A stretch of 25,009 nt of DNA from a virus (Duplodnaviria; Caudoviricetes). Shown here in pieces: positions 1-8,790 of this stretch. The translations under genes were made by a program, and so were the position numbers. Within the stretch, counting starts at the first letter, position 1. Each line of letters opens with the position of its first letter. The stretch spans positions 1-25,009 of IMG/VR virus record IMGVR_UViG_3300006641_000168; one strand, written 5' to 3'. The notes beneath the pieces are model-generated. The model was given only the letters and a program-made list of their open reading frames with translations. It did no database searches and had not been told where the DNA came from.

Positions 1-86
1 TGATCCGCAATATATTCCGTGTTCTGGTACTTAACGGAAATATTGCTAAGAAGCTTATCGACATGCAGTTGGTTAGCTAATGGCAT
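1..86 (-). CDS. Major capsid protein, N-terminal part (runs off the window)
   Basis: Manually translated MPLANQLHVDKLLSNISVKYQNTEYIAD. The HVD..L.NIS..Y.N..YIAD pattern is typical of one phage capsid family. SD TAAGGAGG upstream; follows the protease and decoration genes. Confidence 0.75.
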   Translation of the reverse strand, partial: MPLANQLHVDKLLSNISVKYQNTEYIAD

Positions 87-109
87 AACCTACCTCCTTA
101 GCTCATCCG

Positions 110-493
110 TTACGGGATGGACTTGAAGAACGGGTTGATGAAAACGTCCGCGATGGTTCCGGTCGCCGCGACGGTCGGGCCAACCAAGATTCCACCAACG
201 TACGAGCCTGCGGTTGCATCAACGTGAGGAATCCCGCGACCGGACGAATCCGATGCGACGAGGTTTCCGCTCGTGACGGTGTCGTTAAAGAACACCTTTG
301 CAAGGGTTCCGGGTCCTGCGACCGGGATTGCAGAGGTCGTATCCTTAACCGTATCGAGCGTGACTCCGAAGAGTGGGCTCGTAACGGCTGCCGGATACTT
401 TACAGTTTGCGCGGTGCCTGTTACGGCGCTCACGAAGCGGTAAGCTGCGAGCGTCGACTGCACCTTAAAGGAAAGTGGCGGAATATGTGCCAT
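110..493 (-). CDS. Head decoration / capsid cement protein (DUF2190-like)
   Basis: 127 aa, rich in Gly/Ala/Thr/Val, with AYRFV, FGVT and GNLVASDSSGRG motifs; lies between protease and capsid; SD GGAGG. Confidence 0.65.
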   Translation of the reverse strand: MAHIPPLSFKVQSTLAAYRFVSAVTGTAQTVKYPAAVTSPLFGVTLDTVKDTTSAIPVAGPGTLAKVFFNDTVTSGNLVASDSSGRGIPHVDATAGSYVGGILVGPTVAATGTIADVFINPFFKSIP

Positions 494-523
494 GTTAATC
501 CTCCATCAGTGGAGAAGTGACCC

Positions 524-1621
524 TTACTCGGCTTCGGCCATAGTTTGGATCGCGGCCGACTCACGAGGGCGAACTTCTTTCGTAACAGCCTTATAGGCCG
601 TCTTGTAGTCGCACTTGTGTTCAGCGATGTACTTCTCGATTTTTTCGTTAATAGCATCGTCTGAATTGCCGCTCTTCTTCAGACCCTCGGTCGAACCTTC
701 TGTGCGGTTAACGTCCAAGGCGGAATGCAATTTCAGGGTTTCTTTGATCAGATCTTTTTTGCTGAGCTTCTTTTCCTCGTCGCCCACTTTTAGCGCGTAT
801 TCTTTTTTGTCCGCGCCGAGGATTTCGAGGATAAAGGGCTTCATCGCCGGCGTTGCGAGATTCTCGCTAACGAGCTTATCGACGAAGGCTTCGGTTTCGG
901 CCTTTTCCTTGGCCTCGAATGCCGCACGCTCGCGCGCGACCGAATCTTCTTTGAACTTCTTCAGTTCAGCGATTTCGCTATCCCGAGATTCGAGATCAGT
1001 CGTAAACTTCTTGAGCTGGGCCTGAGCCTCTTCGGCTTTCGCCTTTTCTGCCTTCAGTTCCAATTCAAGCTTGATCTCGTTTTCTGTAGGCATAGCCCCT
1101 CCATCGTTGTCCAAAGAAAGTTCGTACCGCCTGACGATAGCCTTATTCTCGTCCTGTTCGTAAATTTTAATTTTTGCTTCTGGGTCCAGTCCGTAGAGCG
1201 CAATGATATCCGAAAGATTCTGAACGCCAGGCAAATCGGCGCCGAGAAGAGCAACGGCACCAACAAGATAAGGATACTTCGTACCGTTTACCGTGATGTT
1301 CCAGTATATCTCGCTCGAAACTCTCTTATATGCCTTCGTCTGAATTAACTCGTAGATCTTCTCTGGAATATCGACGAAGTCGGCGACGAGCTTTTTCCCG
1401 ACGCGATAGATGTTTCCGATCCAGCCCGCAGCGGGAAGACCGTCAGCCTGGATAAGCTTCTGGTCTTCCGTATGACCAAGTTTAAGCGCTGGTGTCCAGC
1501 TCTTGCTGGTCGCATTAAACGCGCGAACCATCTCATCGATATCCGCCTCGGTGTAGGTGTCTCCGTTCCATGTACCGGCCGAGAATATTTCGACTCCGTT
1601 AATCGACTTAAGGGTTGGCAT
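524..1621 (-). CDS. Prohead protease/scaffold (Mu-like I protein type)
   Basis: N-terminal EIFSAGTW, LKLGH, PAAGWI, YKRVSSEI and AVALLGA motifs, followed by an E/K-rich coiled-coil scaffold region; SD GGAGG. Confidence 0.85.
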   Translation of the reverse strand: MPTLKSINGVEIFSAGTWNGDTYTEADIDEMVRAFNATSKSWTPALKLGHTEDQKLIQADGLPAAGWIGNIYRVGKKLVADFVDIPEKIYELIQTKAYKRVSSEIYWNITVNGTKYPYLVGAVALLGADLPGVQNLSDIIALYGLDPEAKIKIYEQDENKAIVRRYELSLDNDGGAMPTENEIKLELELKAEKAKAEEAQAQLKKFTTDLESRDSEIAELKKFKEDSVARERAAFEAKEKAETEAFVDKLVSENLATPAMKPFILEILGADKKEYALKVGDEEKKLSKKDLIKETLKLHSALDVNRTEGSTEGLKKSGNSDDAINEKIEKYIAEHKCDYKTAYKAVTKEVRPRESAAIQTMAEAE

Positions 1622-1623
1622 CT

Positions 1624-1866
1624 TTATCCTCCGCTCGTCCGATTTCTGAGTTCAAGTTCGCGAATACGATTAGAGTGCGTTTCTCCGACCGACTCCTGCT
1701 TAAGCATTCGCCGCTCGTGATTCTCCACCTTCTCGATTACAACAGCGACGTTTTTATTAAGGTCGCTTACGTTATCTGCGATTGAGTTTAACTGTACTCC
1801 GACCCAGCCGACGATTACCGCTAAAGCCCAGACCGCGACTTGAAATGTAACGTCTTGAAGTTTCAC
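1624..1866 (-). CDS. Small single-TM + coiled-coil protein (possible holin-like)
   Basis: 80 aa; hydrophobic VAVWALAVIVGWVGV then heptad repeats; GTG start overlaps the portal stop (GTGA). Confidence 0.55.
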   Translation of the reverse strand: MKLQDVTFQVAVWALAVIVGWVGVQLNSIADNVSDLNKNVAVVIEKVENHERRMLKQESVGETHSNRIRELELRNRTSGG

Positions 1867-4064
1867 TGCGTGGGGAATCCTTTCCCTTTGTTCTCTTCGA
1901 TAAAGTCATCGATTGGTTTTGATCCGACTCTCGTATCAACCTCATACTCTTCGAACTTCGTAATCGGGATCAGAAGCGATCGACAATTAAAGTGCATCGG
2001 CGGAACCGGCTGCGTGCCTGACTTGAAGATTTTTCCGTCGAGTCCGCGACATATATCCGAGGTCGAATCGTCGAGAATCGCGCTGTATTGGTACGCCGTA
2101 ACGACGCCGGAGTCTTCGAAGAACGCAAGGCGACCCTTGTTGAGTACCTCGGTGTGCTTCGTGCGCGCATACCTCTCGATTGAAACCAGCGCGTCGTCGT
2201 AAAGCTGTTCGCCCGCTAGAGATACGACCGACGAAAGTGGCCGTCCGTCCTTAATCGCCGCAATTACTTCCTGGCGAGCCTGCTTCGTGAGCTGATATTC
2301 CCAGTCTCCGATAAAATTGAATAGTTCCTTCTCGAGAAGCTCGAGGAACTCTGATTCAGGCTGAGGAAGCGCGTAGACGTTCTTAAACAGCTCGCTCGAA
2401 GCTGTCTTCTTACCCTCGTTGTAAATGTCGCGAAGGCTTCGCTTAAGCATCAGCTTGAGTTCGTTCTTTCGTTTAAGCCTAACGGAATCGAGGCGTCCGG
2501 CATCACCGCTCTGAATGACCTTCTTCTTCGCGATTTGCTCTAGCATGTCGTCGATCATGAACTGAACGAGAGGTTTCGCGTCGCGCGCAATGGAGTCGTC
2601 GTAGGCTTCTAGCTGTTTTTGGATCGCTTTAAAATCACACTTCTTGTGATAGTCGCCTCGTGGAAACGCTCCGAGCTTAAATTGTTTTGCTTCGGATTCG
2701 GCTGGTTCCTTCTCTTTGTTCTCGGTCTCTTTTTTGACGTCATCCGTGACGTCTTGCCCGGCCTTGGATTTATCATCTTCTTCCCCTGGACTCTGATTTG
2801 GCATCAGCTGTGCGGGCGGCGCTTCGCGGTCGACTTCCCCTTCGGGAAACTTCACGATGCTCCGGAAGTGGTTAATTTCTTCGTCCGACGCCTTATAGAG
2901 GCGACCCTTGACGGCCTCGATCCAGATCCTTGCGCCTTCGATCGCATCCGCGTCGTTAATCGGGCGTAGCTTAAACTTCGGATAGTTGTCGACGTATCCA
3001 TGGTTGTAGAACACGATCGGCCAGATGATCTCGTTGTTAACGATATCCTCGAGCGCTTTACGCCTGCGCATGATGTGTTTCACAAAGATGTTTATTTGCT
3101 CTTTCCCAAGAGCTAAAGATCCAGAGCCAGTCTGAGATCCGTGAAATCCGAGCAAATCCGGAATAAATAGCGAGCGTCCAATGAACATATTGAAAATGTT
3201 TAGGGCCTTCTCGTAAACCTCGCCGTTTGATTTTGCTTCTAAAAACTCGACCTCAATGTCTTTGGGAATAGCAAGCGCCGTCTTCGCCTGAAACTTTCTA
3301 ATCGCGTTGTAAATATCCGTTACCGCCTGAGGCGGAGCATTCGTATTGTACTTCGCGATCGGCGTTGGACTTGCCGCCTTTTCTAGAAATATCGCATAGT
3401 AACGGATTATCTGCCGCTTCGTAAACCAGGCCGCATAAGCTGGGCGCAGGTCACTCTTGCCATAAGGATTTTGAAACTTGCGATTTAGCACGTAATGAAT
3501 AAGCGACCTTGGCTCGACGTCAATCGAGCTATACGGCCCACGCTGCTCGTACCTCTCGACATTGCCATGGACGTCAGTATGAATAATCCACGTTGCCGGA
3601 TGACGCGTCTTTAGCGCATTGAGAGTAAGAGAACCGTCCGGGCGGTTCTTGAATATCTTCTCGGTTAGCGAAAAGCCGAACTCGTATGCCGATAAGATCT
3701 CTTCGAGAGAATCGTCGAACGGAACGGAAGCATCCTCGCACAGAGCGACCTTAATATCTTCGACGATTTCGTCTTGGCCGTCTTCCTCCGGAAAAATATC
3801 CCAGCCGGATCCGATAACGAGGTCTTTTTTTAATTGAAGGCAGACCGATACCTGATCGTCGTCGAGCATCTCTTCGTAAAGTCTATAGTCGCCGGTCTTC
3901 TGATAGAGATCGTCCGGGTTGTATGGTTTTAACAGTGAGTCGGGAACATAGGAGCTCTCGGCGAAAGTCTTCTCGGCAATCCCGAAGTAAAGGTCAGCAA
4001 CGAGGTTCTCTGAGTGCTCGCTCTTTGGTTTCGTCAATGCTGTCGCGGTCGCTGTCTCTGCCAT
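1863..4064 (-). CDS. Portal protein (DUF935/Mu gp29-like) fused to a C-terminal MuF / SPP1 gp7-like minor head domain
   Basis: Portal motifs FGFSLTEK, NPYGKSDLRPAY and GSLALGKEQ; acidic linker; MuF motif YQYSAILDDSTSDICRGLDG...PPMHFNCRS. ATG at 4064 behind GAGGTG is preferred over GTG at 4070. Confidence 0.88.
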   Translation of the reverse strand: MAETATATALTKPKSEHSENLVADLYFGIAEKTFAESSYVPDSLLKPYNPDDLYQKTGDYRLYEEMLDDDQVSVCLQLKKDLVIGSGWDIFPEEDGQDEIVEDIKVALCEDASVPFDDSLEEILSAYEFGFSLTEKIFKNRPDGSLTLNALKTRHPATWIIHTDVHGNVERYEQRGPYSSIDVEPRSLIHYVLNRKFQNPYGKSDLRPAYAAWFTKRQIIRYYAIFLEKAASPTPIAKYNTNAPPQAVTDIYNAIRKFQAKTALAIPKDIEVEFLEAKSNGEVYEKALNIFNMFIGRSLFIPDLLGFHGSQTGSGSLALGKEQINIFVKHIMRRRKALEDIVNNEIIWPIVFYNHGYVDNYPKFKLRPINDADAIEGARIWIEAVKGRLYKASDEEINHFRSIVKFPEGEVDREAPPAQLMPNQSPGEEDDKSKAGQDVTDDVKKETENKEKEPAESEAKQFKLGAFPRGDYHKKCDFKAIQKQLEAYDDSIARDAKPLVQFMIDDMLEQIAKKKVIQSGDAGRLDSVRLKRKNELKLMLKRSLRDIYNEGKKTASSELFKNVYALPQPESEFLELLEKELFNFIGDWEYQLTKQARQEVIAAIKDGRPLSSVVSLAGEQLYDDALVSIERYARTKHTEVLNKGRLAFFEDSGVVTAYQYSAILDDSTSDICRGLDGKIFKSGTQPVPPMHFNCRSLLIPITKFEEYEVDTRVGSKPIDDFIEENKGKGFPTQ

Positions 4065-4071
4065 TAGCACC

Positions 4072-5583
4072 TCAGAGTAAGATTTTGCTTCCTATGTTGT
4101 TATATAACTCAAGCCCGCTTGACTCGATACACATCTGCAAAGCAATCGCGGCAGCAATGATAGTATCGTCGTGTTTGCCGTCGGCTGCTTGAATTTTTCC
4201 ATTTTCATTTACGAGTGTCAGACACTCCTGAAGAGTCTGCTCGTCGTTTAAATTATAATTTCGATCTTCGATCGCATCGATAAACGCGTCTAGCATGATC
4301 GGGCGAGTAACCTTATCAGTCACCCAGCCCGGACGCGGATCGCGTTCATCTCGCGCGGTATTCAACCATCGATGAAAGAGATTCGGATAGCGGATATGTT
4401 CGTCGAGCTCTAGAAGTACCGCGTGACCATGATTGTTTCTCTCTACTCCGAGAAGCGGATGCATCCTTCCGCCCGAGACATACATCTCGCAGAGTTTCGC
4501 GAGTTGGTCCGCAAACTCCGACGGCTTTAGGTTTCCTCGAATCGTTGCGACCTGCTGACGAGTGGTCGTATTAATCATGCAGGCCGCGGACCAGTCTCCG
4601 CCGACGCCTTCGGCAGCATCGGCCCCGACCACGTAGAAGTGATTCTTGTTATATCGCTCGAAGATCTTTATCGGCCCGTCGACTTCGATCGGCTTAGGCG
4701 CTTTTAAGAGAAGTTCTTTAATCAGAGTCAGGTCAAAAACGGCCCGCCCGCTCGCAAGAAAGCACGATTGGTCGTCCTCTGGATATTCCTGAATAAAGAG
4801 TGACTTTAGGTCCGAGCGCTTAAAGCGACGGAACGCTATCTGTGCCGGCGTAATCTTCACGCCGTAGAGTCGATCCGCCTTCTCTATAAACTCGACTTCC
4901 TCTTCTGTTAGTTCGCCTATCTCGGCGTCCGGGATCTGATACTCGTGGTGCATGTACCATGGGAAAAATAAGTTTTCGTAGGTAGAACTGCGGTCCATCC
5001 AGTCTTCGTAGAAATGATTTCCCATACCGTTCGGAGTCGTTTCGACCGTCACCTTGCCATGAAGAGGAACGGCCTCGATCGTGGCCTTTAGCCGGCTTGG
5101 GTCCTGGACAAACGCTGCCTCTGAAATGTGAAGGTTTTGAATCGTATCGCCGCGCGACTCAAGGTCGCAGTAAATTCGAGAATTGATCTCGGGGAAATAC
5201 ATCTCGTATTTAGAGCCGCCGCCGCGGTCAACCATCGGTCGAATTTCGTCTGGTAGAAACTTGTGAGCACGCTTCACAATTCTAAAGAGCTTTTTTATGG
5301 AATCCTGCTCGTGAGCAATAATGCAGTTTGTAACATCCGGAGTCCAGATCGTGTCGTCAAATAGGCTAATGATACAGCCCGTGCTCACGCCGAATTGGCG
5401 CGCCTTTAAGATTCGCTTGCGCTTCGATTTTGAAAGTCGAATTTTTTGCTGAATACTGTTCTCGGCAAACGTAACCCGCTTCCCGTTTTTATCGACTATC
5501 TTGTAGAGATTTGCGATCCGCCAATTCGGATCACGCAATCGGCGGAAAATGGCTCGGCGGTCGCTCTGCACGTTTTTTTCCAA
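4072..5583 (-). CDS. terL: Terminase large subunit
   Basis: Walker A LKARQFGVST, Walker B LHISEAAF, coupling motif ETTPNG, nuclease motifs GADAAEG..GDWS, ERNNHG and HDDTIIA. Start codon uncertain (TTG 5583). Confidence 0.95.
   Translation of the reverse strand: MEKNVQSDRRAIFRRLRDPNWRIANLYKIVDKNGKRVTFAENSIQQKIRLSKSKRKRILKARQFGVSTGCIISLFDDTIWTPDVTNCIIAHEQDSIKKLFRIVKRAHKFLPDEIRPMVDRGGGSKYEMYFPEINSRIYCDLESRGDTIQNLHISEAAFVQDPSRLKATIEAVPLHGKVTVETTPNGMGNHFYEDWMDRSSTYENLFFPWYMHHEYQIPDAEIGELTEEEVEFIEKADRLYGVKITPAQIAFRRFKRSDLKSLFIQEYPEDDQSCFLASGRAVFDLTLIKELLLKAPKPIEVDGPIKIFERYNKNHFYVVGADAAEGVGGDWSAACMINTTTRQQVATIRGNLKPSEFADQLAKLCEMYVSGGRMHPLLGVERNNHGHAVLLELDEHIRYPNLFHRWLNTARDERDPRPGWVTDKVTRPIMLDAFIDAIEDRNYNLNDEQTLQECLTLVNENGKIQAADGKHDDTIIAAAIALQMCIESSGLELYNNIGSKILL
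4251..4262 (-). promoter_or_regulatory. Copy 3 of the AATTATAATTTC motif (candidate promoter inside terL, ~190 bp upstream of portal)
   Basis: Exact 12-bp match to the copies at 6191 and 10924; contains TATAAT. Confidence 0.35.
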
Positions 5584-5743
5584 GCATTCGTAAGATAGTC
5601 ATTCGGACGACCGAGTCTCGCGTCCCAAGGGCGATCGCGATCTCTTCTATCGACATCCCCTGCGTTAGGGCTGACATGATGGCGTTTTTCACTTCCATGT
5701 CGAAGGGAACGGGGATCACGTTCGTCTGATACGGATCATGCAT
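5531..5743 (-). CDS. Small HTH protein between terS and terL
   Basis: 70 aa; GMSIEEIAIALGTRDSVVRMTI is HTH-like; similar to 15536-15709; overlaps the terS stop and terL start. Confidence 0.6.
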   Translation of the reverse strand: MHDPYQTNVIPVPFDMEVKNAIMSALTQGMSIEEIAIALGTRDSVVRMTILRMLGKKRAERPPSHFPPIA

Positions 5744-6137
5744 CAAGTTCACCAAACTCCCCCGGATAGGTTTCCTCTTCAAACTGATTCATGAACGCGA
5801 CGAGCTGACCGTGTAGCGACCCAGAGTGACTGATCTTCTCTGGCACCTTCCCGAGCATCCGGTCGAGGATGAATGATGCCCGCGTGTAGTCTCCGGTCGA
5901 AATGGCACGGTCCAGGATATTAACAATCAAGGACTCGATAGCGGGGAGTTCGATGTCTTTCTTTAAAGCGGCAATCTCCCCCCGCGGCAGGAACGCATAG
6001 TTGTGGAGCGCGCGTTCAATCCTTTCCTTGCTCTCGGCTCGGGCCTTTTTTAGGTCCTCAGGCACCGGAGGGCGACCCGCCGGGTTACCCGACTGACCTG
6101 GAACAAAATCGCGTCCGCCTGATTTCCCGCCCTTCAT
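5736..6137 (-). CDS. terS: Terminase small subunit (DUF5681-like)
   Basis: FVPGQSGNPAGRP motif, C-terminal ILDRMLGKVPEKI; upstream of terL; SD GGAG. Confidence 0.8.
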   Translation of the reverse strand: MKGGKSGGRDFVPGQSGNPAGRPPVPEDLKKARAESKERIERALHNYAFLPRGEIAALKKDIELPAIESLIVNILDRAISTGDYTRASFILDRMLGKVPEKISHSGSLHGQLVAFMNQFEEETYPGEFGELDA

Positions 6138-6190
6138 TGCTTGATGACTCCCTTGTAACTCAAGGTACGGGCGAAGTTCCGCGTGTCACA

Positions 6191-6207
6191 AATTATAATT
6201 TCAGTTT
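6191..6207 (-). promoter_or_regulatory. AATTATAATTTCAGTTT motif: candidate terS/late promoter and left boundary repeat of the cassette
   Basis: 16/17 identical to 10924-10940; the palindromic AATTATAATT core gives TATAAT on both strands; ~55 bp upstream of terS. Confidence 0.55.
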
Positions 6208-6211
6208 GCTC

Positions 6212-6240
6212 TTGAACCGTGGGCGGATATTAATTTTAAT
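6212..6240 (+). promoter_or_regulatory. Sigma70-like promoter for the plus-strand unit (6247 ORF + dehydrogenase)
   Basis: TTGAAC-N17-TTTAAT, with ATG 6 nt after the -10 box (possible leaderless mRNA). Confidence 0.45.
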
Positions 6241-6246
6241 CCTGCT

Positions 6247-6534
6247 ATGCACTTCATCGATTCCGAAGATCCGGTTATCCCAGAGTTTCACGGCGACCCC
6301 GATTCTCTCGTTATCCCTATCGCCATACCGATCAGCTACCGAATCGCGGTTCGGTATCACAGAATTAAAGTTGCAATGAGCAAACGGCCACGTGAACGCT
6401 CAAAGGACGAACGCAAGATTAATGAGCGTGCGCGACGGTTTCTGATCCAAATGATGGACGAGATCGAGCCCGAGCTGATCGCTGAAGGACTTCTGAGGAC
6501 TGACGCCCCAGTACCAACCGACAAATCGGCGTAA
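6247..6534 (+). CDS. Hypothetical protein, possibly a ribbon-helix-helix DNA-binding protein
   Basis: 95 aa; strand-like IAIPIS followed by two amphipathic helices; ends 2 nt before the dehydrogenase start. Alternative start at 6376. Confidence 0.5.
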   Translation: MHFIDSEDPVIPEFHGDPDSLVIPIAIPISYRIAVRYHRIKVAMSKRPRERSKDERKINERARRFLIQMMDEIEPELIAEGLLRTDAPVPTDKSA

Positions 6535-6536
6535 AT

Positions 6537-7829
6537 ATGGCAGCAGAAAAACTGATGACCGAGTATAGCCCCACGATTAGCGTGATCGGCCTTGGCTATG
6601 TGGGCCTTCCGGTCGCTGTTGCGTTGTCCAAGAAGTTTAAGGTCATCGGCTACGACATTGATGCGTCTCGGGTCGATCAGCTAAGGGCAGGAATCGACAG
6701 AACGGGCGAGATTTCCGCGGCCGAGCTACAAAGTAAAAGTTTTTACCTTACGTCTGAGGCGAGCGATCTCTCGCGGGCGAACTTTCATATTATTGCCGTA
6801 CCGACGCCGGTCGACGATTCGAAGCGGCCCGACCTGTCGATGCTTGTCGACGCGTCCGAAGCACTCGGTTGGTTTCTGGAGAAGGGTTCGATCGTCGTTT
6901 ACGAGTCGACCGTCTATCCTGGCGCGACCGAAGACGTCTGCATTCCTGCACTCGAAAACACATCTCGTCTTCGGGCTGGCTTTGATTTCTCGGTCGGATA
7001 CAGCCCCGAGAGGATTAACCCGGCGGACACGTCACACAAGTTCGAGAACATTAAGAAGGTCGTCTCGGCGCAGGACGAGGAAACGCTTGAAAAAATCGCC
7101 TACGTCTACGGATCAGTAATTGAGGCTGGCGTACATAGAGCACCATCGATTCGCGTAGCAGAGGCCGCGAAGGTTATCGAGAACACGCAGCGTGACGTAA
7201 ACATCGCTCTCATGAACGAGCTTGCGTTGATTTTCGATAGGCTCGAGATAGATACAGCTGAGGTACTCGATGCTGCTCAAACCAAATGGAACTTCCTTCC
7301 TTTTAGACCTGGTCTTGTTGGGGGCCATTGCATTGGCGTTGACCCTTACTATCTAACGCACAAGGCGGCCGAAGTTGGACATCACGCCGAGGTCATTCTC
7401 TCTGGTCGTCGAATTAACGATGGGATGGGACGCTTTGTTGCACAGAAAGCGCTTAAGCTTTTTGCCGCAAGTCACTCAGCGAAGCCTGTTCGCGCAACCG
7501 TCCTTGGGGTGACGTTTAAAGAAAACTGTCCCGACATCCGAAATTCGAAGGTCTTCGACATTATCAGTGAACTAAAGGAATTCGGGTTAAAGGTCCAGGT
7601 CCATGATCCGATTGCGGACGTCAGCGGCAGCTCGGTCGAGCTTATGCCTCTCGATCGCCTCGTGCCAGCTGATATTGTAATTGTCGCCGTTGCTCACGAG
7701 CAATATCGGCAGCTAAGCGATGACCAAATGGCCTGGCTTTGCGGGCTCAAGGGAATCATCTTTGACGTGAAGTCTATCCTGTCGCGCGAGAGCCTACAGG
7801 CAAAAGGACTCCATTACTTTCGACTTTAG
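6537..7829 (+). CDS. tviB: UDP-N-acetylhexosamine 6-dehydrogenase (TviB/WbpO family nucleotide-sugar dehydrogenase)
   Basis: GLGYVGLP NAD-binding motif, IAVPTP, YESTVYPG, YSPERINP, KVIENTQRDVNIA, catalytic GGHCIGVDPYYL, FKENCPDIRNSK. The symbol is a family-level assignment. Confidence 0.93.
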   Translation: MAAEKLMTEYSPTISVIGLGYVGLPVAVALSKKFKVIGYDIDASRVDQLRAGIDRTGEISAAELQSKSFYLTSEASDLSRANFHIIAVPTPVDDSKRPDLSMLVDASEALGWFLEKGSIVVYESTVYPGATEDVCIPALENTSRLRAGFDFSVGYSPERINPADTSHKFENIKKVVSAQDEETLEKIAYVYGSVIEAGVHRAPSIRVAEAAKVIENTQRDVNIALMNELALIFDRLEIDTAEVLDAAQTKWNFLPFRPGLVGGHCIGVDPYYLTHKAAEVGHHAEVILSGRRINDGMGRFVAQKALKLFAASHSAKPVRATVLGVTFKENCPDIRNSKVFDIISELKEFGLKVQVHDPIADVSGSSVELMPLDRLVPADIVIVAVAHEQYRQLSDDQMAWLCGLKGIIFDVKSILSRESLQAKGLHYFRL

Positions 7830-8790
7830 GTTTCCCGAACAGATCATAGAGACCGTCGAGAACCGAGTACTGTGGCCGATACCCGAGCTGTACGCGCGCC
7901 CGAGAAATGTCGGCCAAAGACGACTTGATGTCACCATGGCGCTCTTGTCTTCGAACGACCCGTACGATCGATTCGTCAATTCCAAGAACACTCATCATCA
8001 TCAAGAGCAGCTTATTTAGGCTCGTCGTCTCGCCACATGCGATGTTGTAAGGGGCTGAGACGCCTGGCGCGATCGGCGCCTTGAGTGCCAAAAGATTCGC
8101 CTGAACGACGTTTTTCACGTAGCAAAAATCGCGCGACGCTTCGCCTGTTCCGAAGATCTCGATCTGCTTTCCTTCTTTCAGCAGATTGGCCCATCGAGCG
8201 ACGACTGGGGCATACGCTCCGGAGTGAGCTTGTCGATGACCGAATACATTGAAATATCGAAGACCGATTGATTTTACGCCGTACACGCGCGCGTACGTGT
8301 CCGCGAGAGACTCTTTCATTTGCTTCGAGAGAGCGTACGGCGAGAGTGCCTTACCCGTACTCTGCTCGCACTTCGTCTTGAGAGGATCATCACCATAGAC
8401 GGAACTCGACGAAGCATAAACTACGCGCTCGACGCCGAATGTTCGGGCCATTTCAAGCACGTTGTTGAGGGCTTTCACGTTGTTCTCGATTACCTCAACC
8501 GGCATTTCCATCGACCGCGGCACGGAACCAAGGGCAGCTTGGTGGCAGACATGCGTGATCGGCTCACCTTTGTGTTTTTGGCTCATGAAGATATTTCGCA
8601 GGGACATGCCGTCGCAAAGGTCCGCAGTGAAATAGGTGAACTTGTCTTTCCGATTGAACGCCTGCGACATGTTCGCATAGAAGCCGTTCGAGAGGTTGTC
8701 GATGCCAACAACTGAGTGGTTTTCTGCGAGCAGCGCATCGGTGACGTGTGATCCGATAAAGCCAGCACATCCGGTAACGAGAACTTTCAA
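7774..8790 (-). CDS. NAD-dependent UDP-HexNAc(A) 4-epimerase (TviC/WbpP-like SDR)
   Basis: TGCAGFIGS, HQAALGSVPRS, YASSSSVYG, YALSK (YxxxK), LRYFNVFG, RDFCYVKNVVQAN, GDIKSSLADIS. Confidence 0.92.
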   Translation of the reverse strand: MKVLVTGCAGFIGSHVTDALLAENHSVVGIDNLSNGFYANMSQAFNRKDKFTYFTADLCDGMSLRNIFMSQKHKGEPITHVCHQAALGSVPRSMEMPVEVIENNVKALNNVLEMARTFGVERVVYASSSSVYGDDPLKTKCEQSTGKALSPYALSKQMKESLADTYARVYGVKSIGLRYFNVFGHRQAHSGAYAPVVARWANLLKEGKQIEIFGTGEASRDFCYVKNVVQANLLALKAPIAPGVSAPYNIACGETTSLNKLLLMMMSVLGIDESIVRVVRRQERHGDIKSSLADISRARVQLGYRPQYSVLDGLYDLFGKPKVESNGVLLPVGSRATG

